In this document: positions 47,641 to 58,249 of the stretch, piece by piece | Position numbering within the stretch: position 1 is the stretch's first letter | Layout: the number at the start of each line of letters is the position of its first letter | Virus record (IMG/VR): IMGVR_UViG_3300046777_001511 | Location: 4,602-68,601 of that record | Source: a virus | DNA: 64,000 nucleotides | Reading direction: 5' to 3' (one strand) | Program-made: the position numbers and the translations under genes | The notes under the pieces: generated by a model | Told to the model about the DNA's origin: nothing | Database searches by the model: none | What the model saw: only the letters and a program-made list of their open reading frames with translations

Positions 47641-49110
47641 TTATGCAGATTTGTAAAGGATACCACACTTGTTAGTGTTATAAATAACAAGTAAGTCCTC
47701 TGTTAACATCGCATATTTTTTTGCATCTTCTTCAGACATGATAGCACCTTGAGCACCAGTCATACCGTTGAACTCTTGGTTAACGAATGAACGGTTAACG
47801 CCATTTTTACCACCTTTTGCAAATACATCCATGTTTTTAGATGCACCTTGACCGATAGTCAAGCAGTAGTAGTTAGATGACATTAATAATTTACCATCAT
47901 TACCTCTTTCAGGAAAACGCTCTTCATCATCAAACATTGGATGCTTAATGAAGAATACAGTATCACCATCAATGTTGAAGTTAGCGAAAGTAACACCTGC
48001 TTCAGGAGTATCTCCACCAGCTTTGTTTACATCAGCTACGTTACGGAACAATTGAATGTTTTGGTTAACATTTAATGCAGCCATTTTCTTTTGTGCATTA
48101 GAGAAACCATCTTCACCTGTTACAAACACGTAAGTTAAACCTGATACCATATCAGACTTCTTACGGATAGCTTTCATCATATCAGCGAAATCATCTTCAG
48201 TAGCTTCACCGTTCACACCTGAACCATAAATTTCGTTACCGCCTTTGATTTGCTCTTCTAAACCATCACCAGCGATAATTCCTTTTCCTGTTTCAGGATC
48301 AATTAAACGTGGAATAGCTAATAAAGCACCGTTAGCATCTTTCATTGTAGAGATACCGAACCATCTTTGGTATTCGCGCTCCATTAAGAATTGCGCTCTT
48401 GCTTGTTGTAATTGCTCGTACATCCATCCTTTGATTGGACCATTTTCTGATTCAACTTCATACCATAATACATCAGATAAAGCTGTACCAGTGATAGAAA
48501 CAGTTTTACGTTGGATAGTAGTGTGGTTGATATAAGTATCAGGGAAATGTGAACGTCCGTAACCACGTAAAGAAGCTTCTCCATAAGAAGTATAACTTCC
48601 AAAACAAGTTTTAACACCCGGCTGCGGAGCAACGTGAGTAGCATAACTGAAAATTTCACCATTTGGAGATTGGAAAGTATATGTATAGTTTCCTGAAGTT
48701 CCAACAGGGTATCCCATTACACGAGCAGTAAAACGACCACCGTAAAATACAGCGTTCATACCCGGTACTAAATAGTTGTCAGCCATTACTAATTGGAAAG
48801 TTCCATCAGTTGAAGTTGAACCAACTTGAGATAAAATGTTAGATGCTTTTTGGATACGGCCCATGATGTTAAAACGATAAGCATTATCTGCTACCATTTT
48901 ACCTTCTTCTAATGAAGGAAGTTTTGAGCTTGGAACATCTTTAATTCCGTAAGGACCAACTGCACCGTTTACTAATAAAGTAGAAACCATACGCTGATCT
49001 TTGTATTCCAACATTTTTCTAATTGCTGGATACTTAATTTGATTCAACATCAAATCGTTTTCGTCTGTACAATCGCCAGACCATGTGCCTCTGTTAATGT
49101 TAATATTCAT
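47641..49110 (-). CDS. Major capsid protein (HK97 fold, crAss-like)
   Basis: N..T.QRK..SITG, GDGL.EQI, TGEDG, H.MFDD; portal-scaffold-MCP order. Confidence 0.85.
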   Translation of the reverse strand: MNININRGTWSGDCTDENDLMLNQIKYPAIRKMLEYKDQRMVSTLLVNGAVGPYGIKDVPSSKLPSLEEGKMVADNAYRFNIMGRIQKASNILSQVGSTSTDGTFQLVMADNYLVPGMNAVFYGGRFTARVMGYPVGTSGNYTYTFQSPNGEIFSYATHVAPQPGVKTCFGSYTSYGEASLRGYGRSHFPDTYINHTTIQRKTVSITGTALSDVLWYEVESENGPIKGWMYEQLQQARAQFLMEREYQRWFGISTMKDANGALLAIPRLIDPETGKGIIAGDGLEEQIKGGNEIYGSGVNGEATEDDFADMMKAIRKKSDMVSGLTYVFVTGEDGFSNAQKKMAALNVNQNIQLFRNVADVNKAGGDTPEAGVTFANFNIDGDTVFFIKHPMFDDEERFPERGNDGKLLMSSNYYCLTIGQGASKNMDVFAKGGKNGVNRSFVNQEFNGMTGAQGAIMSEEDAKKYAMLTEDLLVIYNTNKCGILYKSA

Positions 49111-49155
49111 GGCTTTTTGTTTTTTGTTTTTTGTTTATTTTGGGTTGTTTATTTT

Positions 49156-50322
49156 TTATTCTCCAAAAAGTGAATTTAAGGCCTCGAATCCAGAAGTTGT
49201 CTTAGCATTTTGTTTTGCAGATACTCTAGTGTTGTTTTGCTGCGGAACAGGAGGGACGTTTGAAAGATGTTTAGTAACTTTCTCCCTGCCTTCTTCTAAC
49301 GCTTTGTTGCGTATGTTCTTTGCGGCTTGCTCACCAAAGTGATGATACATGATAAATTCGGCTTTCTTAGCAGGATCATTAAGAATGCTGTCATACTGAC
49401 CTTCGGCATATCTTTGAGCCAATTGTTGACGAGCATTCTCGTTAATTGGTTGTCCCATGAAATCTTTAACTGTGTTAAAAGCATTTGTCATGAGTTGTGC
49501 CTCAGCTTGTCTTTCAGCTTGCAATTTCGCTTCATAATTCGTTGCAACTTGTTGAGCTAATTGCTGTCTTTCCGCTAATACCGATTCTCTTGCATTATGC
49601 AAAACTAATTTAATTTTTTCGGCTTCGTGATCTATTACTCCTTTTTCGGTTAATAATTCTATTTCTTTTTCTATTAAACTTTCACTCATTCCCTGTAGCT
49701 CTAAATCTTTTTTTACAAGATCTATATTGCTCATAGTCAATAAAGTGTCAATCTCTTTTGTTGGCTCATTTATTTGCTCGCGAGTATATCCCTCACGCAA
49801 CAATAAAAAGTCAACTTGAGCTTCTACAGGTAAACTTGCTAACTCTTTTTCTATTGTAGTTTCCTTACCTCTTAATTCGGCTTGCTCAATAGCTGATTGC
49901 GCAGCAGTGATAAATCCTTCGTAAGAGTTTTCGGCAGCTTCAATACCAAAAATGTTTTTAGCAGTTTCCACCCAAAGATTTTCATCAGAAGCACCATTGA
50001 TATTTGAATCATCTAATTTTAATTCAAAATCATCAGCCTTTGTTTCTGTAGATACCTCTTCGATTTTTTGCTCTTTGTTTTCTTCGCCAACTTTTGTTTC
50101 GTCAGCAACTTCTTTTTTAGGCTCCTCTAAGTTTAAATCAACCGGAACTTGTTCTTTTGTTTCTTGCTCTATTTTATCTTCGATTTTCTTTTCCTCTTTT
50201 ACTGCCGTAGCATTGTAGCTTGGATCAAATAAATCTTCAGACAAAAGCTCAAAATTGGGCGCAGTGGCCACAGCCTCACCACCTCCAGTGGCTTCATTTG
50301 GGCTATAATACTTCTTTTGCAT
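49156..50322 (-). CDS. Capsid scaffolding protein
   Basis: Acidic coiled coil between portal and MCP. Confidence 0.7.
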   Translation of the reverse strand: MQKKYYSPNEATGGGEAVATAPNFELLSEDLFDPSYNATAVKEEKKIEDKIEQETKEQVPVDLNLEEPKKEVADETKVGEENKEQKIEEVSTETKADDFELKLDDSNINGASDENLWVETAKNIFGIEAAENSYEGFITAAQSAIEQAELRGKETTIEKELASLPVEAQVDFLLLREGYTREQINEPTKEIDTLLTMSNIDLVKKDLELQGMSESLIEKEIELLTEKGVIDHEAEKIKLVLHNARESVLAERQQLAQQVATNYEAKLQAERQAEAQLMTNAFNTVKDFMGQPINENARQQLAQRYAEGQYDSILNDPAKKAEFIMYHHFGEQAAKNIRNKALEEGREKVTKHLSNVPPVPQQNNTRVSAKQNAKTTSGFEALNSLFGE

Positions 50323-50337
50323 TTAATGAATTTTAAA

Positions 50338-50345
50338 CAAATATA
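50338..50345 (-). promoter_or_regulatory. -7 promoter element TATATTTG for scaffold/MCP
   Basis: CAAATATA upstream of 50322. Confidence 0.55.
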
Positions 50346-50410
50346 ATAATTTTATTTATAATTAGTCTAAATAAAAATAATTGTTGAAAAATAATTTTTG
50401 TTATTATATA

Positions 50411-50438
50411 TAAAAAAAGCCCTGAAATTCAGAGCTTT
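50411..50438 (-). terminator. Intrinsic terminator after portal
   Basis: AAAAAAAGCCCTGAAATTCAGAGCTTT. Confidence 0.6.
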
Positions 50439-50443
50439 TAATT

Positions 50444-52681
50444 TTACATAGGTGCCATAGGAGGAGGCATACCTCCGTTTTTGTCATTAAAGACAGCCTT
50501 TTGTTCTATATTATTAGTATCAACAATCATTTGCTTACCCATCTTATTGTTGTCAATCATAATCTGACCTTGAGTTTTTGCATTTATTTCATCAATTCTT
50601 GATGCCTGCATATCTTCTCTATTCTCTAAAGCCATCTGCTGTTGAGCTTGCAATTGTTGAGCCTGCATTTGCTGTTGAGCTTCTAATTGTCTTTGTTGTT
50701 GTTCAGCCGCAGTTTGTTGTATAGTTTTCCAAGCGTTCTTTAATATGTTCTTAGCTTCGGTATATGATTCAGCAGTTTCTAATTGCATTAAATCTTCTAA
50801 TCTTATTTCTTTTGCATTTAATGAAACTTCAGCTAACTGCATAATCTTATTCTTCATTTCAGCATATTTACCTCCGTCCTGAATGGTAACTCCATAATCC
50901 TGATAGCCAATTTCTTTTTCTATTACTAAGAATCTTTGCTGAACATCTCCTAAGATTTGCTTTCCTTTTTCTACCTTATAGAATCCATAAGACAATTTAT
51001 AGTATTCGCACATCTTCATTAATACTCTTTCTGTGAATTTATTCATTCCATAAAATAAAGGAGTAGTAATGTTTTTAGAAGCTCCAATTGCTATTTGAGC
51101 ATTGGTTACTGTAGAACTCGCAGCAATATCTCCTTGACGATTCTCGTTAATCCCGGTAATTAAATCTAATGTTTGACGAATATCATTCTTTAACATTACT
51201 AATTGTTGGAATGTAGCAGATAAACCAATATCCAATACTTGTATTAAGTCTTGTAAATTAAGTTCTCTTCCCGATTCGTTACCATCAGCCGAAGTATCAA
51301 AGTCAATAAATCCATCATTTACGGCATCGTAAATAATTTCTTTCATTGTTCTTTTTTGAGGTAAAGCAGCTCTGTTGTATCCGATAACCTTACCTTTTGC
51401 AATATTCAATTCTTTTAATATCTGATACATGCAAATATCAAAAGCAGAATCAAAGTTTTCTACTATCTGCTGTAAAGAAATTCTTATTCCATCAACTGTA
51501 TTAAATAAGTATCCAACATAAGACATATCAACAACCCTGTTTGGATTATCTACTCTTCTTGGCTGAAATTTCTTTCTGCCTAAATCTAAGCTAATTACAC
51601 CACCGATTCTAACAGCCTCGCGAATATCTTCAGCCCATTTAGTTTCAATACCTAACAATTTACCTTTTTCTACAAGCTTATCGTAATACTCTCTGTTGTT
51701 CTCATACTCAGCAGCATCCATTTGAATAGTGTAATACTCAGACGAAGGATCTAATTCTAATTGCTTTTGAGTTTTAGGAGAAAGTTTATAGTAAGTTGGT
51801 ACATAAGAAATCCATTCTATATGAACAACATCCATACATAAATCACCATTGATTTGATATGTTGTCGCTCTTCTAGTCCCGGCATTTTGGTTCCCAGTAT
51901 TCTCATACGCTTTGAGCATTTCTCTTTGCTCTTTAGTAAGATTGTATTTCCTTAGTATTTCGGAAATAGTCATTCTATACCTTGCGCCCTTTAATGGAGC
52001 CCTTTCAATAAAGTCATCCCCCTCTATTTCATCAAAGATAGCATCACGAGGATCTATCTTTATATAATTTACATTACCCTCTAAATCAATATCAATCTTT
52101 CCGTAACACATTGAGGTAATTTCCAAATCAAGAAAGTTCTTTGCAAGTTTATTTTTCATGTCCAATTCAGTGATACCGTTTTCCAATATCAACTGCATAA
52201 CATGCTCATTCTTATCCTTGAAAGTCATTGAGTTCCAAACCTCATCAGGATCACCCTCCGGTAACTGCATTCCCTCAAGAACGTCAACGCCAACCTCTTT
52301 AAGTTTAGCTAATTCATCACGCGCCAAAAGAGCCCCTCTAACTAAATCAGCTTCATCTAATTTCTTAATTTTAGCATCAGAATTTATAGTAGTTACTGTT
52401 GGTTTAAGCGCCTGATTAAGCCACTCACCTTTAAGTAGTTCTATTTTATTCCTTCCTAATCTATAAGAAATGAATCTTGATTTGTTTTCTCGGCCATAAG
52501 TTTTACCTATAAATCTTAAAGCATCTGCATTCTTAATACCATTATAGGTATTATACAATCTGCTCATTATAGAGTAAATGTTATTTCTCCTATTTAAAAT
52601 AGTTTCGGCGTAGTTTAGATGAAGTTTCACCCACTCTAACGTCTTATCCTTTTCTGGGATGTCCTGTCTTGGAAAGATCAT
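50444..52681 (-). CDS. Portal protein (crAss-like)
   Basis: FP.Q.....K...W, KI.LL.GE, ITGI...RQG.I, Q-rich barrel; follows TerL. Confidence 0.88.
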   Translation of the reverse strand: MIFPRQDIPEKDKTLEWVKLHLNYAETILNRRNNIYSIMSRLYNTYNGIKNADALRFIGKTYGRENKSRFISYRLGRNKIELLKGEWLNQALKPTVTTINSDAKIKKLDEADLVRGALLARDELAKLKEVGVDVLEGMQLPEGDPDEVWNSMTFKDKNEHVMQLILENGITELDMKNKLAKNFLDLEITSMCYGKIDIDLEGNVNYIKIDPRDAIFDEIEGDDFIERAPLKGARYRMTISEILRKYNLTKEQREMLKAYENTGNQNAGTRRATTYQINGDLCMDVVHIEWISYVPTYYKLSPKTQKQLELDPSSEYYTIQMDAAEYENNREYYDKLVEKGKLLGIETKWAEDIREAVRIGGVISLDLGRKKFQPRRVDNPNRVVDMSYVGYLFNTVDGIRISLQQIVENFDSAFDICMYQILKELNIAKGKVIGYNRAALPQKRTMKEIIYDAVNDGFIDFDTSADGNESGRELNLQDLIQVLDIGLSATFQQLVMLKNDIRQTLDLITGINENRQGDIAASSTVTNAQIAIGASKNITTPLFYGMNKFTERVLMKMCEYYKLSYGFYKVEKGKQILGDVQQRFLVIEKEIGYQDYGVTIQDGGKYAEMKNKIMQLAEVSLNAKEIRLEDLMQLETAESYTEAKNILKNAWKTIQQTAAEQQQRQLEAQQQMQAQQLQAQQQMALENREDMQASRIDEINAKTQGQIMIDNNKMGKQMIVDTNNIEQKAVFNDKNGGMPPPMAPM

Positions 52682-52782
52682 TATAATTAAATTTCGTTAT
52701 TTAATTTAAAATACCATGTTGGTAAATTTTGCCTAAAAATACAAATAATAATGATTTTTATTAAATGTTATTTATTAACATA

Positions 52783-54756
52783 CTATTTACCAAATAAATC
52801 ATGGTCTTGTTCTATGCCTTTTAACTTTGGAGGATTAAAACTAAATTCATCATTTAGTAAGTATTTATTGTACTTATCCTTTTCTTTTTCGTCACGCGGA
52901 TTCAGAGAATTTGATATATCCTGCATTAACGATATTCCTAAGGCATCCGCTAAATCATTATCGGAATCATTTGTATATTCGTCATAAGCTTTTAATTCGT
53001 CTATTAGTGTAGGGAAAACTATATTTTCTCCATGATCTAATATGTAAGACTGCATAACAGCAACCATTGCAGGTCTTGACCATTTGTTTAAAGATACACC
53101 ATATTCGTGAGTTTGCTCACTATTTGCCGATTCAAATTTCTTTGGCCTTCTAGCTAAATATCTTCCTCCGCCATTAGATTTAAAATACTCTATAATAAAT
53201 GGCTTTGCAACGTCCACTAATACCGATGAGTTCAGATTGTAATAAATAGCTACCTTTAAACACATCTCATAAAACTTTTCCTTTCTGTCAGGACGATTCC
53301 TAACAACACAAACAGGCTTCATTTTTGGGGCACTAGGTAATCTGTGGTCTCTTATCATTACTAGCATGGCTCCCAATGACTTAGATGTTTTAGATTGATC
53401 CTGATCGTAACTATCAATCCCGGCTGAGTAAAGATTATTTACACCAACCACAGGATGTCCATCCATTGAAATCAATACGCAGTCTTTCTCTAAATCAGTA
53501 TCTTTTGCCGGGATAGCCTCAACTCTCAAAGGTATCATTCTTTCTCCTTTGTCATTTTTTACAAATTCTAATTTATACTTAGCGTATTTCTTTGGGCTTG
53601 ACGCTAAATCAAATCCTACTTTGTTTAGCAATTCAATATCGAACTTGTTGCTAGATACTTTCTTAAATACTTCTTCTATTGTCAATGGATTGTTTTGGCA
53701 TTCCTCAATCCACCCTTCTATATCTCCGGTATCCAATAAGTGTTGCCTTACTCTTTTGATGTTTTCTTCAGCAGCCTCTTCGTCCTCAATGCCCAACATT
53801 TCGTAAGGCTGATATTTCAATTTTAAATTAGGAACTTCTTCTACATTCTCGCCCAAGTCATTTGTAGCTCCAGCAAAGAATGGATGATAAAATCTAGTTC
53901 CCTTTATAAAGAATCTGTACATGTTATACGATTCGTAATTGTGCCACATTTCCTCAAAATCTTCTCCGGCAGAACTTTTGTTACCACCTGTTGCCCAAGT
54001 CCAAAAGTTACCTTTTTGAACTGAACCGTACATTAAACAAGCCTTAGTTGCATTAAAAAATGCTTTTAGTTTTTTAAACTCTACTCCCTCTTCTGCAACC
54101 ACATCATTCAAAAATAAACCTTTAAATAAGTTGGCATTCTGAAACATTGTAGCTACATGTATCTTATTAAATGTACCTTCTTCCCTTTTACCATTCTCGT
54201 CAATAACATCATAACATGCTGTTATTTCATCAGTACCCTTACTCCTTAATCGTAATTCAGGAACTAATATGTTATCATGAACTCCCCACTTTTTCATAAA
54301 TTCTTCGGTATAAGTAGAAAGTCCTGCTGCCACACCTGCATTATATCCGGGAATAAACCTGTAACCATAATCAATAACCATGTTATTAAAAGCTTCAGAT
54401 AATCCTCCCCTACGTTTCTTAGGACCTATAAAGTTTAATCCGTTCTTTTTACAATGCTCAATAACATAGGCTAGTTCTAAATGCAAATCACAAATATCTG
54501 CATTACGTGGTCCTAATACGGTATCGAATATCTTAAAGTTAGCATAGTAGTAATATCTTCCGGGAATAAACATTCCGCCAGTTTGATAACCATGCAGTAT
54601 ATAATATAGCTGTTCCTCCCAATACTTTTCCCAATCAGGAGTTCCTATTACGCTTTTATTGTACTTGCTGTCAGCATACTTTGGAATCCCATGTTTTGCC
54701 ACAGGATTCGGGCAAAATCCTTTTCCCTTTTTATAGGGGTATTTAGGTACACTCAT
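52783..54756 (-). CDS. terL: Terminase large subunit
   Basis: G..YYYAN, KKRRGGLS, VVAEE, ATGG, AGIDSY, DLADA RNase H-like domain. Confidence 0.9.
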   Translation of the reverse strand: MSVPKYPYKKGKGFCPNPVAKHGIPKYADSKYNKSVIGTPDWEKYWEEQLYYILHGYQTGGMFIPGRYYYYANFKIFDTVLGPRNADICDLHLELAYVIEHCKKNGLNFIGPKKRRGGLSEAFNNMVIDYGYRFIPGYNAGVAAGLSTYTEEFMKKWGVHDNILVPELRLRSKGTDEITACYDVIDENGKREEGTFNKIHVATMFQNANLFKGLFLNDVVAEEGVEFKKLKAFFNATKACLMYGSVQKGNFWTWATGGNKSSAGEDFEEMWHNYESYNMYRFFIKGTRFYHPFFAGATNDLGENVEEVPNLKLKYQPYEMLGIEDEEAAEENIKRVRQHLLDTGDIEGWIEECQNNPLTIEEVFKKVSSNKFDIELLNKVGFDLASSPKKYAKYKLEFVKNDKGERMIPLRVEAIPAKDTDLEKDCVLISMDGHPVVGVNNLYSAGIDSYDQDQSKTSKSLGAMLVMIRDHRLPSAPKMKPVCVVRNRPDRKEKFYEMCLKVAIYYNLNSSVLVDVAKPFIIEYFKSNGGGRYLARRPKKFESANSEQTHEYGVSLNKWSRPAMVAVMQSYILDHGENIVFPTLIDELKAYDEYTNDSDNDLADALGISLMQDISNSLNPRDEKEKDKYNKYLLNDEFSFNPPKLKGIEQDHDLFGK

Positions 54757-55283
54757 TTCTTTTTCTTTCTTAGTAAAGACATATATCTATCTCTGTTTCT
54801 CTGAAACTTCTCCAAAAAGGACAATGTTCCACCTCCGACTACCTTTCCCTCCTTAGCCACTTCATCGTAAACCTCAGTCTCCAAGTCTCTAATGGATTCT
54901 CTAATAGCATTAATAGATTTGATAATCCTTGCTATTTCTTTTTCATCAGAAGCCAATACCATTTCGTCCTGCAATTGATCTATCTTTGATTGATAGGTTC
55001 TAGCTAGCTCAACTTTTGGATTGTATTGTAAACTAATGTACGCTTCAACAGCTTGCTTGATTTTGTCTTTATCAAAGATGTTTTTATCGTCATTACCGTA
55101 AACATGAACTAATGCTTTTCTGCGCCTATCCGAATCCACAAATTGCCTGTAAGGAGACTTGTAGTCATAAGCTAGTATAATAGCCAATGTTTCTTTTTCA
55201 TCCAATACAGTTAACTCTGGACACAATCTGATTGCATCCGGGTGCAAAACAGCCGTATTCTTTTCATCTAAATAAAATAGCAT
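54753..55283 (-). CDS. Probable terminase small subunit
   Basis: Directly upstream of TerL with ATGA overlap; D..SPY motif; coiled coil. Confidence 0.6.
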   Translation of the reverse strand: MLFYLDEKNTAVLHPDAIRLCPELTVLDEKETLAIILAYDYKSPYRQFVDSDRRRKALVHVYGNDDKNIFDKDKIKQAVEAYISLQYNPKVELARTYQSKIDQLQDEMVLASDEKEIARIIKSINAIRESIRDLETEVYDEVAKEGKVVGGGTLSFLEKFQRNRDRYMSLLRKKKK

Positions 55284-55284
55284 G

Positions 55285-55482
55285 TTATTTAAATATTATA
55301 GTGTCGCTAACATTTGCCTTATTGTCATTAATCAAAGAATCGTATTTTCTTGACCAATAAGAATCTTCTTTGTGGTGATTATTGTACTCTTTTGCGTACA
55401 TAAAAAACATCACTAAAAATCCCACTACCAATAGCAAAAATATGCCATTATAAAATTTTATTGTTTCTTTACAGTTTTTCAT
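55285..55482 (-). CDS. Small membrane protein
   Basis: Single TM helix. Confidence 0.5.
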   Translation of the reverse strand: MKNCKETIKFYNGIFLLLVVGFLVMFFMYAKEYNNHHKEDSYWSRKYDSLINDNKANVSDTIIFK

Positions 55483-56212
55483 TAGTTAAATTTTGTTTTC
55501 TGATTCTTAAAATATGTTCTACTTCTGGTTTTAAATACATCACTGGCATATAAATATGCTTCATGTAGTTGTCAGGGGGAATAAACCTAATCCCTAGTTT
55601 CCTGCATTGTTTGCCCGTTAATTGCTCAAACATGTACGCGTAAATGCTTAACTGCAAAGAATACTTAACAAAGTTACAATCTTCCAAATAATCAAATGGA
55701 GGATTTAATCTAGTTCCGTATTTATTAAAAGTCTCTATACCGTTACGCATATTAGTCTTATAATCTTCTACGTCAAACTTAGATCCTTTGCTTTTGCTAA
55801 TCATGCAAATCATATCGCTCGTCCCGGCAATTCTTGTTTCATCGTGGTACAATGTCAACTCATCGTAAACCTGATAATAGTCTTTATAGTTAGAACAAAC
55901 GTCTATTATCATTTCTCGCAAATCTTCATCTTCCGGGAGTATAGTAGCAAACTTTTTGTACCTCTCTAAGGCATTGTGAATCCTAGTTCCATGATCAGTA
56001 GATTTTGTAGCAATATCTTTCCATTCCTGCAAAACTGATTCTTGACTAACACCTCTCTTTTTGGCAACCATAGCGGATACTTTTTCTGAATCAAACTTGG
56101 TTCCTAAAGATCCCAAAAGTTTACTAACACTGATGTATTCTTCGCCTGTTTCATTATTAAAGTATTTATGCTGAACAGGCTCTAACTGAACTTTTGGATT
56201 AAATAGCTTCAT
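55469..56212 (-). CDS. PD-(D/E)xK exonuclease
   Basis: SVS, GT.IH, E, IAGTSD, EDYKT, YSLQLSIY. Confidence 0.85.
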   Translation of the reverse strand: MKLFNPKVQLEPVQHKYFNNETGEEYISVSKLLGSLGTKFDSEKVSAMVAKKRGVSQESVLQEWKDIATKSTDHGTRIHNALERYKKFATILPEDEDLREMIIDVCSNYKDYYQVYDELTLYHDETRIAGTSDMICMISKSKGSKFDVEDYKTNMRNGIETFNKYGTRLNPPFDYLEDCNFVKYSLQLSIYAYMFEQLTGKQCRKLGIRFIPPDNYMKHIYMPVMYLKPEVEHILRIRKQNLTNEKL

Positions 56213-56967
56213 TAGAATGCAGGGGCTTTAAATGCAGGCGGAGTTAATGGTATTTCTAATGGTTCCGATTCTTCTTTAACATCCAAAACAACAGGCTCAA
56301 TTGCTTCAACCTCTACTTCTTGAATGTTTAATTGAACATCAACATCATCAATCTCCAATTCGTCATTAATCAAAACAACTGCTCCCATTTTTTCCAATAT
56401 CTCTGTACACTTATCTCTCTTTTCTTTGTTGCTCATGTCCTTAAATTCTTTAATCAGAACATCGTCATTTTTCAACTTAGCAAATTTCTTTAAAAACTCA
56501 GCCTCATCTAGTTTCTTTTTACCAGAAATGTACTCATGAGTTTCCTCTACAATTTTAGCAATAACTTTTACTACTGTATCAAAGTGAGAATACCCATCAG
56601 ACACTTCAACATCCGGCGTTGAAATCTTAATGAACTTGTCACCCAATGTTCTCATTTCACCTGAAATCTTAAAACTGTCGGAGCCATTAATTACCAACTC
56701 AGTAATCTTTGTTTCGTCAATAAGATAATCCTTGTGCATTACAGAAATAGTCTCATTGTAATAACCACATAATTCTAACATGAAATTTCTCAAGTCATTA
56801 ATTGAACTTTCAAGGTCATTGTGAATAGGATGTTTCCTTTTTTCGATATGCTCATTGTTCCATATCAAATTGTCCTTCTCCTGAGGGTGCATGTAAGTAA
56901 CCTCAAGCCCTTTCAAGCCATCATCCTTTAGCCTGATCTTTGTGATTTGTTTCACTGTTTTTGTCAT
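56212..56967 (-). CDS. Hypothetical protein
   Basis: Long ORF in operon with an acidic C-terminus. Confidence 0.65.
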   Translation of the reverse strand: MTKTVKQITKIRLKDDGLKGLEVTYMHPQEKDNLIWNNEHIEKRKHPIHNDLESSINDLRNFMLELCGYYNETISVMHKDYLIDETKITELVINGSDSFKISGEMRTLGDKFIKISTPDVEVSDGYSHFDTVVKVIAKIVEETHEYISGKKKLDEAEFLKKFAKLKNDDVLIKEFKDMSNKEKRDKCTEILEKMGAVVLINDELEIDDVDVQLNIQEVEVEAIEPVVLDVKEESEPLEIPLTPPAFKAPAF

Positions 56968-57100
56968 CTTTATTTTGGTTTTTATTGTTTACTTGTCTGC
57001 AAAATGTATCCTTCTCCATTCTCTCTAGCCTCTCCCGATCAGCCCTAATGCGAAGCTTTATTGATTCTGCTTCTATCCACCATTGTATTCTTTCTATATC

Positions 57101-57226
57101 CATAACCACAAATGTAATAAATTATTTTTAATTATACAAAAATACAAATTATTTAGTTGATAATCAAGTCAATTAATTTTTTAACATTTGTATATTTGTA
57201 CAAATAGAATTTATTTATTATATTTG
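57101..57226. promoter_or_regulatory. Divergent Bacteroidetes promoters
   Basis: - strand TACATTTG (57109-57116) with TTTG 20 nt upstream; + strand TTTG(57195) and TATATTTG(57219-57226). Confidence 0.65.
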
Positions 57227-57242
57227 CTGAAAATTAATTACT

Positions 57243-57437
57243 ATGGAAAAAGAATTTAAAGTAGGAGATATTCCTTACAAGATTGTCGGGGACGATATTT
57301 ACAGACTTCCCTATGAGAAAAATCACAAGTGCTTTAGCCTTAAAAAGCTGTGCCCTACATGGCAATTAAAGTACAGACTGAATGGTCAAGTATATTCAAT
57401 GGAGCAAATAGAAGCTATATTCCTTAAAGATAAATAA
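57243..57437 (+). CDS. Hypothetical protein
   Basis: First ORF after the + promoter. Confidence 0.55.
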   Translation: MEKEFKVGDIPYKIVGDDIYRLPYEKNHKCFSLKKLCPTWQLKYRLNGQVYSMEQIEAIFLKDK

Positions 57438-57439
57438 AC

Positions 57440-57706
57440 ATGAAAACTAAAAAAGAAATAGAACAGTTGGCGTTTTTAGAATACCCAAGACTTATAAATG
57501 ACCCTTACAACCCAATGGAAGATGGTAATACCTATGAAAGACAAATTTGGATTGATGGCTATACTCAATGCCAAGAAGATATGAAGGAATACATTTTCGA
57601 AGTAGCATTTCAATTCCATAGATTAGGAAAGTATTATGGCAACATAAGCGATACCCATTTTACTGATATTTATGAAGAAACAATTAAATCAATAAATAAA
57701 CCATGA
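57440..57706 (+). CDS. Small phage protein, paralog of 62821..63066
   Basis: Shares IDGYTQCQED..YIFEVAFQFHRLGKYYGN.SDTHF. Confidence 0.7.
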   Translation: MKTKKEIEQLAFLEYPRLINDPYNPMEDGNTYERQIWIDGYTQCQEDMKEYIFEVAFQFHRLGKYYGNISDTHFTDIYEETIKSINKP

Positions 57707-57951
57707 AAACACACAAGTACAAATTAACAATCTACAATGGCCGCGTGAAAGTCTACGTTGACAACTATGTAATGTTCACATTCAACCAAATAGACTTCAA
57801 AGGCTACTACTCCTACAAAGACGATACCGACCTGTACGGAATAGACATATACCTCATGAACGAAAAAGGCGGTGCAACAACAATGGAAATCTATTTCAAA
57901 ACTAAACAACATTGGCTAAATATCCTCAAACTGCTAGATACCCACTTGTAA
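57703..57951 (+). CDS. Hypothetical protein
   Basis: ATGA overlap with the upstream gene. Confidence 0.6.
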   Translation: MKTHKYKLTIYNGRVKVYVDNYVMFTFNQIDFKGYYSYKDDTDLYGIDIYLMNEKGGATTMEIYFKTKQHWLNILKLLDTHL

Positions 57952-58249
57952 CGCTCCCCTTTCTTTTTATTGTATGTAAGAAAGTCTGAGGGATGCTTCT
58001 TACTCTTCATAGTTATACGCATAGAAGTTTGGGGGATGCTATATACCCCTCTACAAAAATCGGGGGGTAGGTCTGCCTATACGGGGGGCTTATTTTATTT
58101 GCCTACTATCTGCCTGCCTTTTTTGTTGACCGACTAAATTACATGATCCATCTATAAAATAGGATTGAATAAATTTATTTTTAGCTATGTAAAAATATTT
58201 TTTTGTAGGTAAGCCAATGAGAAAAAAAATAATAAATTGCTGCCTTACT

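Noticed and set aside
52783-54756. Intron or intein in TerL, DnaB or MCP
   Set aside because: The ORFs are continuous, of normal length, and lack intein splice motifs.
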